DNA of 64,000 nt. It comes from Octopus vulgaris (lineage: Eukaryota). The position numbers and the translations under genes are program-made. Shown in pieces: positions 16,116 through 30,181 of this stretch; position 1 is the first letter of the stretch, and each line of letters begins with the position of its first letter. Below the pieces are notes generated by a model that worked only from the letters and a program-made list of their open reading frames with translations, did not search any database and was not told the DNA's origin. The DNA lies in contig OX597827.1 in assembly GCA_951406725.2 (NCBI GenBank), positions 27,094,001 through 27,158,000 on the forward strand, written 5' to 3'.

Positions 16116-16534
16116 AGGTTTGGAGATGATGTACAGGTATTATATATATATATATACATATATACATATGCACACACACACAGACAATCTGAGATGGTCG
16201 ATGTTTGACTAAACACGTTAAGGCGGTGCCCCAGCATGGCCGCTGTCATATGACTGCAGCAGGTAAACAATTTATATATATATATATATATACATGTTGC
16301 ACATATTGTGTGCGCGCGCGGAGGTGTGTGTATGTGTGTGTGTGTGTGTATGTGTGTGTGTGTATGTGTGCATAAGATTACATCGTAGTATATATTCTAC
16401 CATCTTCAGGTAAAATTTTAAACAGATATATATGGATGGGATAATACTTTGATGATGACGAGTACTTAGATAAAGAGATTGCCAAAAATGTTGGTTGGTT
16501 TCGTTATCGTCACTTGTTTATACCTCTTAAACGT

Positions 16535-16616
16535 TTTATCTGAAGATGGTGGTTTCTATGTTATGAAATATTCTGTGACTGCATGAATAAAATTTTACCG
16601 AAACAGCCGTCGTAAA
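16535..16616 (+). ncRNA. type I hammerhead ribozyme-like motif (HC)
   Basis: TTTAT-CTGAAGA-T-GGT...ACC-GAAAC-AGCC-GTC-GTAAA. Stem I is 5 bp, the core is intact and the site is GUC. An inverted partial copy lies at 16399-16421. Confidence 0.65.
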
Positions 16617-17139
16617 TTTCTAACCCTATTTGTTTATCCTTTTTAGACCTACACCGCCCTACAACCAACCCGGAGTTTGATCTACGGTTTAAATTGGTAC
16701 TACATTGGTACTACGGTTTAAATTGGTTTTGGTACTTACTTATCAACAGTATTCTACCAACACTGGTACCTTAGTGGTTATTTTATTTCGCTGTGAACGC
16801 TATGTTACGGTACCTAGCCATTTTAGGCGTCCTACCTGATCATGTGTCCAGATTCAATTGAATCCTATGTCAGATCTGTCTCTTTCTCTCTCTCGGCATG
16901 ATGGGGAGGACAGTGTGCAGGAACTTTACATGTGGGGCGCCTGTCTCTTGTGGAATCTTCTCTACTCCCTCGCTGTCTCTTCTCTAAGCCTCTTCCTCAC
17001 TCGCTCTCCATTCTCTAACCTCTCTCCACTATTCTCTACCTTTCACCATCCATCTATATATCTACTAGTCTATTTACCTCTGTCTTCATGCACTGCTCTC
17101 TCACCATCTCTGTCATTCTATCTCCGTTATTCTGTCACG

Positions 17140-17200
<61 letters not shown>

Positions 17201-17422
17201 CCGCGCTCTCTTTCTTCTTTTCCCTCTCGCTCTTCCTCTCCCCTCTCTATCTGTCTGTCTGTCTCTCACTCTCTCTCTCTTCCTTTCTCTCCGTGTCCTC
17301 AAAATTCTCTCTATTTTTGTATGTATGCATATATGTATGTATGTATGTATCTATCTATCTGTCTCTCTGTCTTCTGCTTGTCTATCAATCTATCTATCTA
17401 TCCATCTATCTATCTATCTATA

Positions 17423-17454
<32 letters not shown>

Positions 17455-18175
17455 GATCTATTTATCTATCTATCTATCTATCTTTCTGTCTGTCTGTATG
17501 TCTGTCTGTCTACCTGTCTGTCTATCTATTTATCTATGTCTCTATCAATGTCTCGATCCATTTCTCTCTCTCTTTCTCTCTTTCTCTCCCCATGTCCTCA
17601 AAATTTTCTCTCTTTGTATATCTATCTATCCAATTACCTACCTATCTACCTACCTATGCCTCGATCTTCCCCCTTCTCTCTCTCTCTCTCTTCCTCCCGC
17701 AATTTATGTCTATTTCCCTCTCGTTATCTATGTATCTATCCAGATACCCCCACTCCATCTCTTCTCTTCACCCTCTCCCCCCTTCCATCTCTCTCTCCTT
17801 CATTTGCCACCAACATTGTCCAACTTCGTTGTCGTCAACCATTCCAACTTCAAAGACAGAGAAACTCTGCCACTTTTAACTCTAAATTAATGCAGTCAAC
17901 ATTATACTATTTTTTTTCTGTTTTTTTCTGATTTTCATTCTTTAGTTTCGGTTAATCTTCTCCAAGATCTGAAGACTGATTCTTCTTTTAATTGTTTTTC
18001 TTCTTTTTTTTTGGCATTTGTTTCTGCTTTCTTTCATGTTCTGTTATTTGTTTCTTCATTTCATTTTCTGTTTGTCTGCGTTTTTTTTTATTGTGTTGTT
18101 CTTTTTATGGCATATCTTTCTTTCTTTCGTTTCTTTTTTTCATTGTTTCCAACCATTAGGGCATCCTTCTTTTTT

Positions 18176-18212
<37 letters not shown>

Positions 18213-18320
18213 TATAATTGTATATGTACACACACATACATATATAATTATATATGTATAAATATATATATATATATATACATATATATCTCCGCACGCA
18301 CACACACATATATATATATG

Positions 18321-18401
<81 letters not shown>

Positions 18402-18544
18402 CGTATGTATATATATAAATAATATATGTATATATATATATTGATTGTCTATAGAAATAATGTATGTGTATATATAACGTAAGCATATATAAATATGTAT
18501 GTATGAGAATATATTTACATATAACTTGGTAAATATGTGAGTAT

Positions 18545-18614
<70 letters not shown>

Positions 18615-18709
18615 CATGTATATATATATATATATATATTTGGATTATTTTCTGTCTCTAATTCCTATCACCTAGTTCGCTGTCCAATCACTCCCTTACC
18701 TTACCGATC

Positions 18710-18766
<57 letters not shown>

Positions 18767-18789
18767 TCTCTGTCTGTCGGCCTGTCTGC

Positions 18790-18836
<47 letters not shown>

Positions 18837-19211
18837 TCTACATTCGTTGTCCATAAAACAAAACTTTTATTTTTGCCTCTCAAATTGTTGATTCCGGAGC
18901 AAACGCAACCTGTTTTCTATCTCAAATTACTTTACTCGGAACTTCTCAAAGAACTCTTGACAAGTGACCTACATGTATGTATGTATGTATGTATGTATGT
19001 ATGTATGTATGTATGTATGTATGTATGTATGTATGTATGTATGTATATATGTATATATGAATGTATGTATATATGTATCCGTACATATATATATATATAT
19101 TTGCACATGTGTGCATATATATACACGCAAACATATAAATACGCATGTGTATATACCCATATATATATATAAGCATGTATGTATATATATATCTTTGTAT
19201 CCACAACCCCC

Positions 19212-19264
<53 letters not shown>

Positions 19265-19471
19265 CACATATGTATCGGTATATTTTGGAATTGCAAAGAT
19301 GTAGAACCGAATACTTTCGCTTGTCGATGCCAACAGATTTGTTTTCTTGAAATAACTTCCTTTCCTTTGATAATCCATCCGCGCCCACCCTCGTAAAAAT
19401 AAAGAACAACACAAGCAATAAATGAAAGAAACAGAGATTAATTTCATATATATATATATATATATATATGT

Positions 19472-19503
<32 letters not shown>

Positions 19504-19559
19504 CTGTGTGTGCGTGCGTGTATGAATGTATGTTTATATGTATGTATGTATGTATGTAT

Positions 19560-19615
<56 letters not shown>

Positions 19616-19671
19616 ATAAAATCAAATTATTTCAGCGGTCTTGAGTGTTGACATGTAATTGATCTTTTCTG

Positions 19672-19706
<35 letters not shown>

Positions 19707-20029
19707 TCCCTGGGGTATGAAGGATTAACGGGTAGTCATTAAGAATTAATTTTAAAAACCAGCTTTGCGAAAAGAAAAAAAATGGGGAAACCGGCAGAGC
19801 ATCAGAGCTTGAAATTCTATTTCCATTTCTGGAAAAGTTTATTAATAAATCGTAGCAAAGAAAATAGTGACGGTGTTATTTGTACAAGAACATTGGTCTG
19901 GCAGAATCGGCAGTGCATCGAACAAAAATATCTTAAAGTATTTCTTCCCGCTCTTCACGTTGTAAGGTCAAGTCCAGCTTTGTTCAGTTTGAACATGCTT
20001 TCCTCTTGTTTAAAATTTTGTAACAAAGC

Positions 20030-20850
20030 AAGCAATTTTATAGTGAAAAGAATGGGGGTAATTGATTATATCAACTCCCAAATGTTCAACTGGCAGTCTA
20101 CTTTATAAGCCCTGAAAGAATGAAAGTCAAACTCGTCCGCAACGGAATCTGAACCCAGAGCATTTTTCAATTCTGCTGACGGAAGAAATGCCATGATGTA
20201 CTTTGGCAGATTCGCCAACGATTCTCCTGTCTATAAAAACTATGGTTTGAAACTACCGGATTCCGTTTAATCAACAAACTACCCACATCAGGCATTCAGT
20301 GTGTGTCTTACAGGTTGATCCTCTATCTGCAGAGATCTTTGGTTGATCCGTGGTTAGAGGATCTCCTATTTGAGAAGGACTACATCAACCGGATGGTCAT
20401 ATGTTGCTTTTTCTCCACTCCAACTCTCCTTTCTTTCACCTTTTTATATAAACCCCCACACCAATTGTAAACTGTCCTGTTAATGCTCCCCGTGACAAAT
20501 AAATCATCAGCATCTCATCTTATCTCATCATCATCGTTATTATTCAAGTTCCCTCAAGGCTGACTTTGCTTTTCATCCCTCGGGGTCGATTAAGTAAGTA
20601 CCAGTTCAGCACCGGAGTCGATGTTGTCGACTTGCACCCACCTCTGGAATTGCTGGCCTTGTACCAAAATCTGAAGTCATTATTATCAAAAATGAGAAAC
20701 ACATCATCTATTATGGCCGGTAGATTGACAGAAACGTTAGAGCGTCGAACAAATGCTATCTAAGTCGACTTTGTCTTTCACTCTTCCGCTGTCGATAATA
20801 TAAAATACCAGTAAATTACTCGGGGCAATTTAATCGACTAGGCTCCCGCC
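20030..20850. mobile_element. cluster of degenerate S3 SINE pieces (20030-20227 minus; 20545-20680 and 20715-20850 plus)
   Basis: GACTTTGCTTTTCATCCCTCGGGGTCGAT core and related segments. Confidence 0.6.
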
Positions 20851-21769
20851 ACAAAATTCCAAGCCTTCTGCCTGCCCCCTCCACATAATTCTAGGCCTTC
20901 TGCCTGCTTCCGCCACAAAATTCCAGGCCTTCTGCCTGCTCCCTCCACAAAATTCTAAGCCTTCTGCCTGCTTCCGCCACAAAATTCCAGGCCCTCTGCC
21001 TGATCCCGCCACAAAATTCCGGGCCTTCTGTCTGCTCCCGCCACAAAATTCCAGGCCTTCTGCCTGCTCCCTCCACAAAATTCTAGGCCTTCTGCCTGCT
21101 CCCTCCACAAAATTCCAGGCCTTCTGCCTGCTCCCTCCACAAAATTCCAAGCCTTCTGCCTGCCCCCTCCACATAATTCTAGGCCTTCTGCCTGCTTCCG
21201 CCACAAAACTGCAGGCCTTCTGCCTGCTCCCTCCACAAAATTCCAGGCCTTCTGCCTGCTCCCTCCACAAAATTCCAGGCCTTCTGCCTGCTCCCGTCAC
21301 AAAATTCCGGGCCTTCTGCCTGCTCCCGCCACAAAATTCCAGGCCTTCTGCCTGCTCCCTCCACAAAATTCTAGGTCTTCTGCCTGCTTCCGCCACAAAA
21401 TTCCAGGCCTTCTGCCTGCTCCCGCCACAAAATTCCAGGCCTTCTGCCTGCTCCCGCCACAAAATTCCAGGCCTTCTGCCTGCTCCCTCCACAAAATTCC
21501 GGGCCTTCTGCCTGCTTCCACCACAAAATTCCAGGCCTTCTGCCTGCTACCGCCACAAAATTCCGGGCCTTCTGCCTGCTACCGCCACAAAATTCCAGGC
21601 CTTCTGCCTGCTCCCGCCACAAAATTCCGGGCCTTCTGCCTGCTCCCGCCACAAAATTCCAGTCCTTCTGCCTGCTCCCGCCACAAAATTCCGGGCCTTC
21701 TGCCTGCTCCCGCCACAAAATTCTAGGCCTTCTGCCTGCTCCCTCCACAAAATTCCAGGTCTTCTGCCT
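20843..21769. repeat. 32-bp minisatellite, 29 units
   Basis: Unit CCACAAAATTCCAGGCCTTCTGCCTGCTCCCG. The first unit starts at 20849 and the last at 21745 (28x32 apart, no net indel). Confidence 0.97.
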
Positions 21770-21805
21770 ACGTGAGAAACAGTTCTTTAGTATTTGACTT
21801 TCTCT

Positions 21806-22021
21806 AAGGCGGCAAAGTGGATGAATCGTTAGCACGCCGGATGAAATGCTTGGTAGCATTTCGTTCGTCTTTACGTTCTGATCTCAAATTCCGCCTAGGT
21901 CGATTTTGCCTTTGATCCTTTCGTCGGTGATAATACAAGTACCAGATGAATACTGGTGTCGATGTAATCGACTTAACAACTACCTCCGAAATTGCTGGCC
22001 TTGTTGCAAAATTTGAAATCC
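21806..22021 (+). mobile_element. S3 SINE
   Basis: Matches the 5027 head and core. Confidence 0.75.
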
Positions 22022-23431
22022 GTGTTTGGTTCTTCTTGTCACCATTTCCGTTGTTTGCGAAGAAAGAAAGTGAGAGAGATATGTGACACCCACATATGGG
22101 GTGGGCGTGGATGGATCACTTACGGTCCTAGGTCAGTCGGTTCAATTAAGGTTTGATAAGAGACGAATTAATAACAACAACAGCAATAAATGATACGAAA
22201 ATTCGGCTCCTCAAGACGGTTCTTAATCCATTTGTTAATCCGGTATCCCTAATGTATTGTTACAAAACGGTCGAAAAAGCACCATCAACACCAACAACAA
22301 CCGCAATACCATCATCATAACCACCACCACTATCGTCGTCATCAACATTACCAAAGCCAACAGAACAAGATCATCCTCATCATTGCCACTACCACACCAC
22401 CACCACCACCACCACAAAGATATCATCGTCATCGTCACCACCACCATCCTCATCATCACCACCGTGCTACCATTACCACCATGTACAACAATTCTATCAT
22501 CACTATCGCCACCTTCACCACCATAATCCTCAATATCACCATCATCACCACCACCAACAACAACATCACTATCATCATCATCATCATCAATAACAACAAC
22601 AACATTATAATCAATATTTTTTTTTCCAGACAGTGAAGATACAAGAACCGTAAATGAGTTTAGTAGCGCAAAACTTCAAATTTTTATTATTGCTTATTAA
22701 ATTCCCGCTAATCTCTTTTATTTGCTAGCTTTTAAAAACTTTTGTTTGTTTATTATTTATTCTTTATAATTCTATTTTCTTTTTTCTTTTCTCTCTCTCT
22801 CTCTCTCTCTCTCTGTCTTTTTCTCTTGAGATTCTTTCCTTTAGCAAAAAGAAAATGGCGATTCCTTCAACCAGACTAAACACGAATATTCCGTATAGAG
22901 AGAAAGAAAGCTAAAATAAAGATTATAATTAAAACGGTTGAGTAATTATTATATGATAACAGTGTCAATTTAGTGAGAAATGTGCCATTCCTCCCGTGCC
23001 CTTCCCACCCTACTTTATCACGTTGTTATGAGAGATAGAGGAGATTAGGGAGCGTCATAGACATGCATGTACTTCAGAAAATTATAACCCCGGAAAGATT
23101 CATTTGATAATTCACATGTCACTCTCCCTCTCACACACACATTCTCTCTCTCTCTCACTCACTCTCTCTGTCTTTGTGTGTGTGTGTATGTGATTCTGAG
23201 AGCGTGTGTGTTTAATAATTGTAGGCAATAGGGAACTTTATATATTAAACAAAACTGCGAGTATAAAAGCTATAATAGTCAAATGCTGGATCCATCACCG
23301 TTTACATTGTGATTGGTAGTTTCACCATTTGTTGGCTTATTTGGAAATAAAATTAATCCACCATCATTCGTAATATACAATGGCTGATTAAGTTCGTATT
23401 TCAATAAAGCCCTGAGCAGCAGCTAAGCCAG

Positions 23432-23466
<35 letters not shown>

Positions 23467-24533
23467 TCCTTCTTCGAGGATATAATCTCTCTCCTTTCAA
23501 CATTTCCTTGAAGAAGTTCTTTGTCCGAAACGGCTTTACAAGCCTTGCCGACGCAGACCAGCACCAGTACTTTTGCAGTCAGTTTAATCAAATATGGTTA
23601 TCCCACGTGACCTCTTTAACGAGACAGGATAACATTTTAGTCCGGAATAAGAGATAGATCACATCCGGATTTTCTTTTCTCGAACTTATTTGTCGATTTG
23701 CGATTGTACAAATTCTTTATATAACTAATTCTATACTTCACATTCCAAATGTATGCAAATGTATAATTATTTACCTATGTATTTACATATATTTACATAT
23801 ATAATTATTTGTACGTTGCACTGAATCTTTTGTGATAGCCTACACAGATTAGATATATCGAAGTTACTGATGGGTTTCGGTAATGGATATAAACATCAAC
23901 GAAAAGAAAAGGTCTGGCAAATTACAAAGACCTTTAATATATTTGCTCTACACCGAGTTATAAATGTTCCCTTATCACTTTTACTGTCAGAAATGCTGTG
24001 AAACAGTGACTGGTGTTTTGGTTTCCGGCAATCCTTAAACAGCAACGCTTATTGTTTGCTAATATCAATTTAAATTTAAAAAACAACTGTTAAATAAGTA
24101 CTTATTTTATCACGGCAGTTCTCTGCCCTTTGATCGTTATACACTTAGTTACAGGAATGTAATATTGTTATTGGAAACAGCTAATCTTGTACAGCAAGAA
24201 ATAACCTGTAGTTCGATTGATTTCTACGTGGTCTCTTTAAGAGTTTTAAAAGTCTTGGATTTACGATCTATTCACAATGATACTTTTGATTCTGAGAGTA
24301 GGAACGATTCTACAAAGAATCAATAAAACTACTGTCAGGAACTTTGCTTGAGATTGGATAAGGACGTCGTATAAGTAGAAGCAGTCTCTCGTATCTTAAG
24401 CGCAAACGAGCCGCGTGTTGCTGTGATGATAAAAATTGTTGCTACTGTGTTAACGAGTGTTGATCGACCGAAAGAGGAATTCAAAAGGAGAAATCAATGC
24501 ACACTCGATATGGAATGGAAAATGGCCAGAACT

Positions 24534-24630
<97 letters not shown>

Positions 24631-25151
24631 TGTGTGTGTGTGTGTGTGTGTGTCAGTGTGTATGTTTATGCGTGTGTATAGTTAATTTGTGTCGCTGTTC
24701 GGTTGTACATTAAACAAGATTATGCTAAATGATGTCACATAGTAGCGATAGTCCATTATGCGTCGAGAGAAGACAATACTTAAATGAATGGCTGTTGATG
24801 GCCTGATATTTATAATGAAAGGCATTCCAGCCATGACCATCACGATATATTTTTATGAAATTGCACCCTTACTAAATAAGATTGTTATGTAACGTTCTCT
24901 TTTTAGCGAAGAAAATTCATCATTGTTTGAGGGCGGCTAAGTTCCTGTTCCTAGCATGTTGCACCACCACATACAGAGACCATGGTACTGCACACATGCA
25001 GCGTTTTCCTCATGTTCTTCAAGAGAGATGAAAAGAAAGAGAAACAGAAGTAACCAAACAAGAATCTCTTGTTAAAAGGAATTTTGCAATGATTTCAAGA
25101 TAATTAATTTGACACTATTGCCAAGAACGTCCTGCAATAAAAAGAAGAGAA

Positions 25152-25267
<116 letters not shown>

Positions 25268-25296
25268 TTCCTTCTTCTTCTTCTTCTTCTTCTTCT

Positions 25297-25331
<35 letters not shown>

Positions 25332-25413
25332 ACACACACTCGCAGTACTCTGAGATTCCCAGCAAGCGAAAGATTTTTCGTTGGTACGAAACTAGTTAAT
25401 AATCTGTGTGTGA

Positions 25414-25490
<77 letters not shown>

Positions 25491-25759
25491 AAATTCCGTT
25501 TTTTCAAGACACGACGCCATGTATCGATTGCTAATTCAGTCTCATCAACGGGATCGGCATGCAAAAAAGTGTGTATACATATGGAATTTTACAGAAGACA
25601 GCTTTTAACTATTTTATGTTATTACCGATTTAATAATTAAAATAATAGTTAAGTATCCATGGTTACTGTTCAGTGTTTAAGTTTTACAGATTACAAGTTT
25701 GGAATCTGCAACAAGGAAACAAATTTAAAAATTGGCCGTCTTCTGTAATGTGTGCGCGC

Positions 25760-25800
<41 letters not shown>

Positions 25801-25959
25801 TGTGTGTGTGTGAATACTAATGTATAGACATATACGCATATGCGTTTGTGCATGTGCATGTATATATGTAATTATAATACATACATACGTGGGAATGATC
25901 TCTCTCCCCCTCTCTCTCTCTATATATATACATATACACATACATGTATATATATATAC

Positions 25960-26014
<55 letters not shown>

Positions 26015-26310
26015 TCTATTTGTAAATATATGAATATATGAATATGCATATGCACACACACACACATATATATATAATTATATAAAATTAAAGAGGAATG
26101 TAAAAATACATGACGAAGGATATACATACATACATATATATATAAACCAGCTTAGAGAAGAAGAAGAAACGAAACGAAACGAATCGAATCGACGCAAGGG
26201 CGCTCAGTCATACAATAGTGTAATAAATAAAATATATGCATACATACAAACATATATGTACGTACCTACATCTACATGTATATATACATGCATATATAAA
26301 TATATATACG

Positions 26311-26660
26311 TGTGTACAGGACACCACAAATAGACGTAGAACTCAAAGAGAAACGAAAAAGTAAATACAGCACGGAACGGACCATTTTTTTAACAACGAA
26401 AAAACAGAGTACAAGACAACTACACAAGGAAAAATCCCCTTCATCAGCTGTCCCTAGTTCAACTCCAGCGTGTTTCGAAGGTGAGGACAGAACACGACTC
26501 GTCGAACTAGCCCTTCCTGCGAGAGAATTAAATAAAATTACTTCGCAGAGGGGTAAAAACAAGGAAGAAAAAAATGTGACACAGACAGGACGTAAAAACG
26601 ATACAAATAAAATTACAAAATAAAATACAAAATAAAAATACAATTACAAAAAAATACAAT
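26311..26660 (-). mobile_element. family HB element with hammerhead core boxes in GAAAC...CTGATGA order
   Basis: Homologous to 56936-57120. The minus strand has TTCGAAAC...GAGTT-GAACTAGGGACAG-CTGATGAAG. TA-rich flanks. Confidence 0.55.
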
Positions 26661-26707
26661 ACGAGAAATAAAAGCATACATATATATATGTATTTATATG
26701 TGTATAT

Positions 26708-27009
26708 ATCACGTGATCACGTGACCGACCAGTCCATCAGATGTAGTTACACATCGCTGGTCACAATGCGTTCGTATTGTTTTAGCCTTCGAATGACGCC
26801 ACCCCACTGGCTAAGCGAGCGGGCCAACAGAAGAAAGAGTGGGAGAAAGAGTGGTGAAAGAGTACGGCAGGGATCACCACCCCTTGCCGGAGCCTCGTGG
26901 AGCTTTTAGGTGTTTTCGCTCAATAAACACTCACAACGGTCTGGAAATCGAAACCGCAATCCTGCGACCGCGAGTCCGCTGTCCTAACCATTGGGCCATT
27001 GCGCCTCCA
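26708..27009 (-). mobile_element. S1 SINE, short-tail variant
   Basis: S1 head and body, then a different tail ending in CACGTGATCACGTG. Confidence 0.75.
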
Positions 27010-27577
27010 CATGTGTATATATATGCATATATATCTGTATGTATGTGCATATATATATATATATATATAATTATATATATATTCATGCATACATATACTC
27101 ATACACACACATCTATACATAATACATACATACATACATGCATACATGCATACATACATACACACACACACACGCACACACATACCTACATCGACAAAAT
27201 GTCAACAATTCTTTTACAAATCTCGACAATTTTCCTCTCCTTGAAAGCTGAGTACCAACACTAGAAATCGGAGTGAACCTGTTAGCATTGTTCAAATTCT
27301 CCTTTAGCGAAACATGTTGTTCTGTCACTTCCTTATGATAATATCAGTGGATCTAATCATACCAGTTCCATACTGTACACATTATCCGCCATATTGCTAT
27401 GGTTTAATCTCTGTTATTTTAGTTGTTTTTCTTATGTATTCCGTTTAATCTATCTTTGTATCAGCTTAATGTGAATATTTCTGTTTGTATTTATGTATTT
27501 TGCGCATTTGCATGTATGAATCGAAGTATGTATGTATGTAAGTACGTACGTACGTATGTACGTTCATATTATGTATG

Positions 27578-27607
<30 letters not shown>

Positions 27608-27608
<1 letters not shown>

Positions 27609-27921
27609 GTAGTCGTAGTCCTAAAGCGAGACAGATGAGTGACAACCTGGCCACTGGTGGTGTTGTAACACACCATACTAATCATATCTGTCGGGCATGT
27701 GGAAGAGAGTGTAATTCGGCAGGAGGAATTAAACGACTTGCAGAGGTACATGAAACCCAGTTACAGCTACAGCCAGCTATTACCAGTAAATGTTTTAGTT
27801 GCCAATTCTGTACAAGACATGGTAGATCTTTAGCTGGGCTAAAAAGTCACATTCGATCACAGCACCAATAACAGTTAAGCTTCGTGCAATGGCCACACTC
27901 GATAACGAGGGGGCAGCCATA

Positions 27922-27922
<1 letters not shown>
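27608..27922 (+). mobile_element. 3' tip of an RTE-type LINE with two C2H2-like fingers
   Basis: HICRACGRECNSAGGIKRLAEVH and FSCQFCTRHGRSLAGLKSHIRSQH, then a stop and a short 3'UTR. (TATG)n on both sides. Confidence 0.65.
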
Positions 27923-27954
<32 letters not shown>

Positions 27955-28053
27955 TGTATGTATGTATGTATGTATGTATGTATGTATGTATGTATGCATG
28001 CATGCATGTATGTATGTATGTATGTATGTATGTATGTATGTATGTATGTATGT

Positions 28054-28408
28054 GGAGGCGCAATGGCCCAGTGGTTAGGACATCGGACTCACGTTCGTGG
28101 TCGAGGTACGTGTTTATTGCGTGAAAGCATCTAAAGCTCCACGAGGCTCCGGCAGGGGGTTGTGGCGAACCCTGCTGTACTCTTTCACCGCAACTTTCTC
28201 TCACCCTTTCTTCCTGCTTCTGTAGTACCGGTATTTCAACATGCCGGCCTTGTCACATTGTGTCACACTGAATCTCCCCGAGAGCTACGTTAAAGGTACA
28301 CGTGTCTGTGGAGTGCTCAGCCACCTGCACGTTAATTTCACGAACAAGCTGTTTCGTTGATCGAATCAACTGGAACCCCTGTCGCTGTAACCAACGGAGT
28401 ACCACGAT
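28054..28408 (+). mobile_element. S1 SINE, third tail variant
   Basis: GGAGGCGCAATGGCCCAGTGGTTAGG head. Body shared with 14310-14605. Confidence 0.75.
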
Positions 28409-28432
28409 GTATGTATGAATACATACATACAT

Positions 28433-28483
<51 letters not shown>

Positions 28484-28504
28484 CACACACACATATATAT
28501 ACTG

Positions 28505-28535
<31 letters not shown>

Positions 28536-29210
28536 CTGTCTGTATGTATGTATGTATGTATGTATGTATCTACACATTCTCATGTATATGATTTGTGTGT
28601 GTGTGTGCTTAGTCTCTGTCATAAATGGAGTTTATTTCTGCTTCCTTTTTCATAAACAGTTAATCTTTCCGTCTCGTTCCAGATCCTTCTTATATTTTTA
28701 CTTTATTTCATTTTTTCGTTTCCTTGTTTTTTTTTACGTCAACCATTGAGCAAACCCATTATTCGTCTATTTATCTTTTCGACTTACAGTTTACCTATTA
28801 GACATTTACAAAGTCCTTTCCTCTTTCCCTTACGTTTACTCCCTCAATCTCCCATTCATTATTTATTTAATATAATTTAATTTCTTCTGCTATGTTTTTC
28901 TCATTTCCTCTCGTCATCTACTCAATGACTCCTTCGATACTACACTTATCATACACGAATCTCCCTCTCCTTCTCACTCCCGCTCTTTCTCTCGTTCCCT
29001 TCTTCGTTCATTCTGTGTTATTGTATCATGTTACCACTCTAAATTCGTCGGCGTATTATAGAGCTCTATTTTTCAGTTCTATCTTTCATTTTGATTTGTT
29101 CTATGTCTTCCTCTCTCCCGCCCTTTTTCTTTTTTCTTCCTCTATACATCTGTCTGCTCACCCGAAAAGTCTCGCTTATATGCTGTTTCTAGGTTATAAC
29201 TATTTCTCTA

Positions 29211-29269
<59 letters not shown>

Positions 29270-29544
29270 TTCTCTCTCTTTCTCTCCCCCCTCTCTCTCT
29301 CTGTTACACCATTTATATATATTAGCTTTCTCCTACTTACACCTCACTCAGAAGAGCCAATACTTTCTCGAAAGCAATTACAGAAAGAATCCCAAATCCT
29401 TTTAAATCCCGAGCAATGGAATTGATATTACTGGTATTCATCTCACCCGTTTAAACAATCAAAATATCTTGCTACTTTTTTTATTGTGATTTTAAATTTG
29501 TATTTCGCCTTTGAGTTGAAGCACCAGCGTTTAAGGCCATTATA

Positions 29545-29948
29545 CTTATTATTGCATTTGCGCAGCTTCTAACGCTGGAGATGTACTAGTGTCAGCTGTT
29601 CACTACCAGTGAACTACGGTAACACCTCTTATTTCCCGAGAACCTTCCGGAGTTTTCGAGCGGTTCCAAGCAGTGCCGTTTTCTGAGAGTGCACCATCCT
29701 TATTTGCAGCCGCTATTTGTTCCACGTATTTCTCGAGATTTTTGCTCACTGTTCCCAGGGCTCCGACAATTATTGGTACTACTGCTACCTTTTTCATCAA
29801 CCACAACAGCTTAACTTCCCAAGCTAACCTGTCATATCTCTCGACTTTTCTTTCTTCCTTATCGCATACCTTGTAGCTAGCTGGGAATGCTATATCTATG
29901 ATCCAGCATAATTTGTTTTCTTTCTCAATTAAGACTATGTCCGGCTTA
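29545..29948 (-). mobile_element. 3' fragment of an R4/Dong-type non-LTR element (restriction-like endonuclease)
   Basis: KPDIVLIEKENKLCWIIDIAFP...KEERKVERY...VPIIVGALG is a PD-(D/E)xK RLE C-terminus. The 5' junction is in (TAA)n and the 3' end reads AATAATAA. Confidence 0.85.
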
Positions 29949-30085
29949 TCATTATTATTATTGTTATTATTAATTATTATTATTATCATCATCATCCTCA
30001 TCACCATCATCATCATCATCATCATCATCATCATTATTATCATCATCATCATCATCATCACCACCACCACCACCACGACCACCAC

Positions 30086-30181
<96 letters not shown>

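Noticed and set aside
20228-20527. Solo LTR (TG...CA, TATA-like and AATAAA motifs)
   Set aside because: No TSD, PBS/PPT or second copy was found, so it cannot be supported.
20843-21769. CRISPR-like periodicity and the repetitive ORFs at 20830-21859
   Set aside because: The units are contiguous with no unique spacers and there are no cas genes. The context is eukaryotic and the ORFs are by-products of the 32-bp period.
23700-24330. Possible Helitron helicase remnant (LILRVGT-like peptide)
   Set aside because: The similarity is too short and degenerate to call without a profile search.
27575-27871. Cellular C2H2 zinc-finger gene
   Set aside because: There is no real start or TGEKP linker, the fingers are degenerate, and it sits inside (TATG)n. 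It fits an RTE C-terminus better.
28054-28130. tRNA gene
   Set aside because: It has A/B-box-like motifs but no full cloverleaf, and it continues into a multi-copy SINE body.
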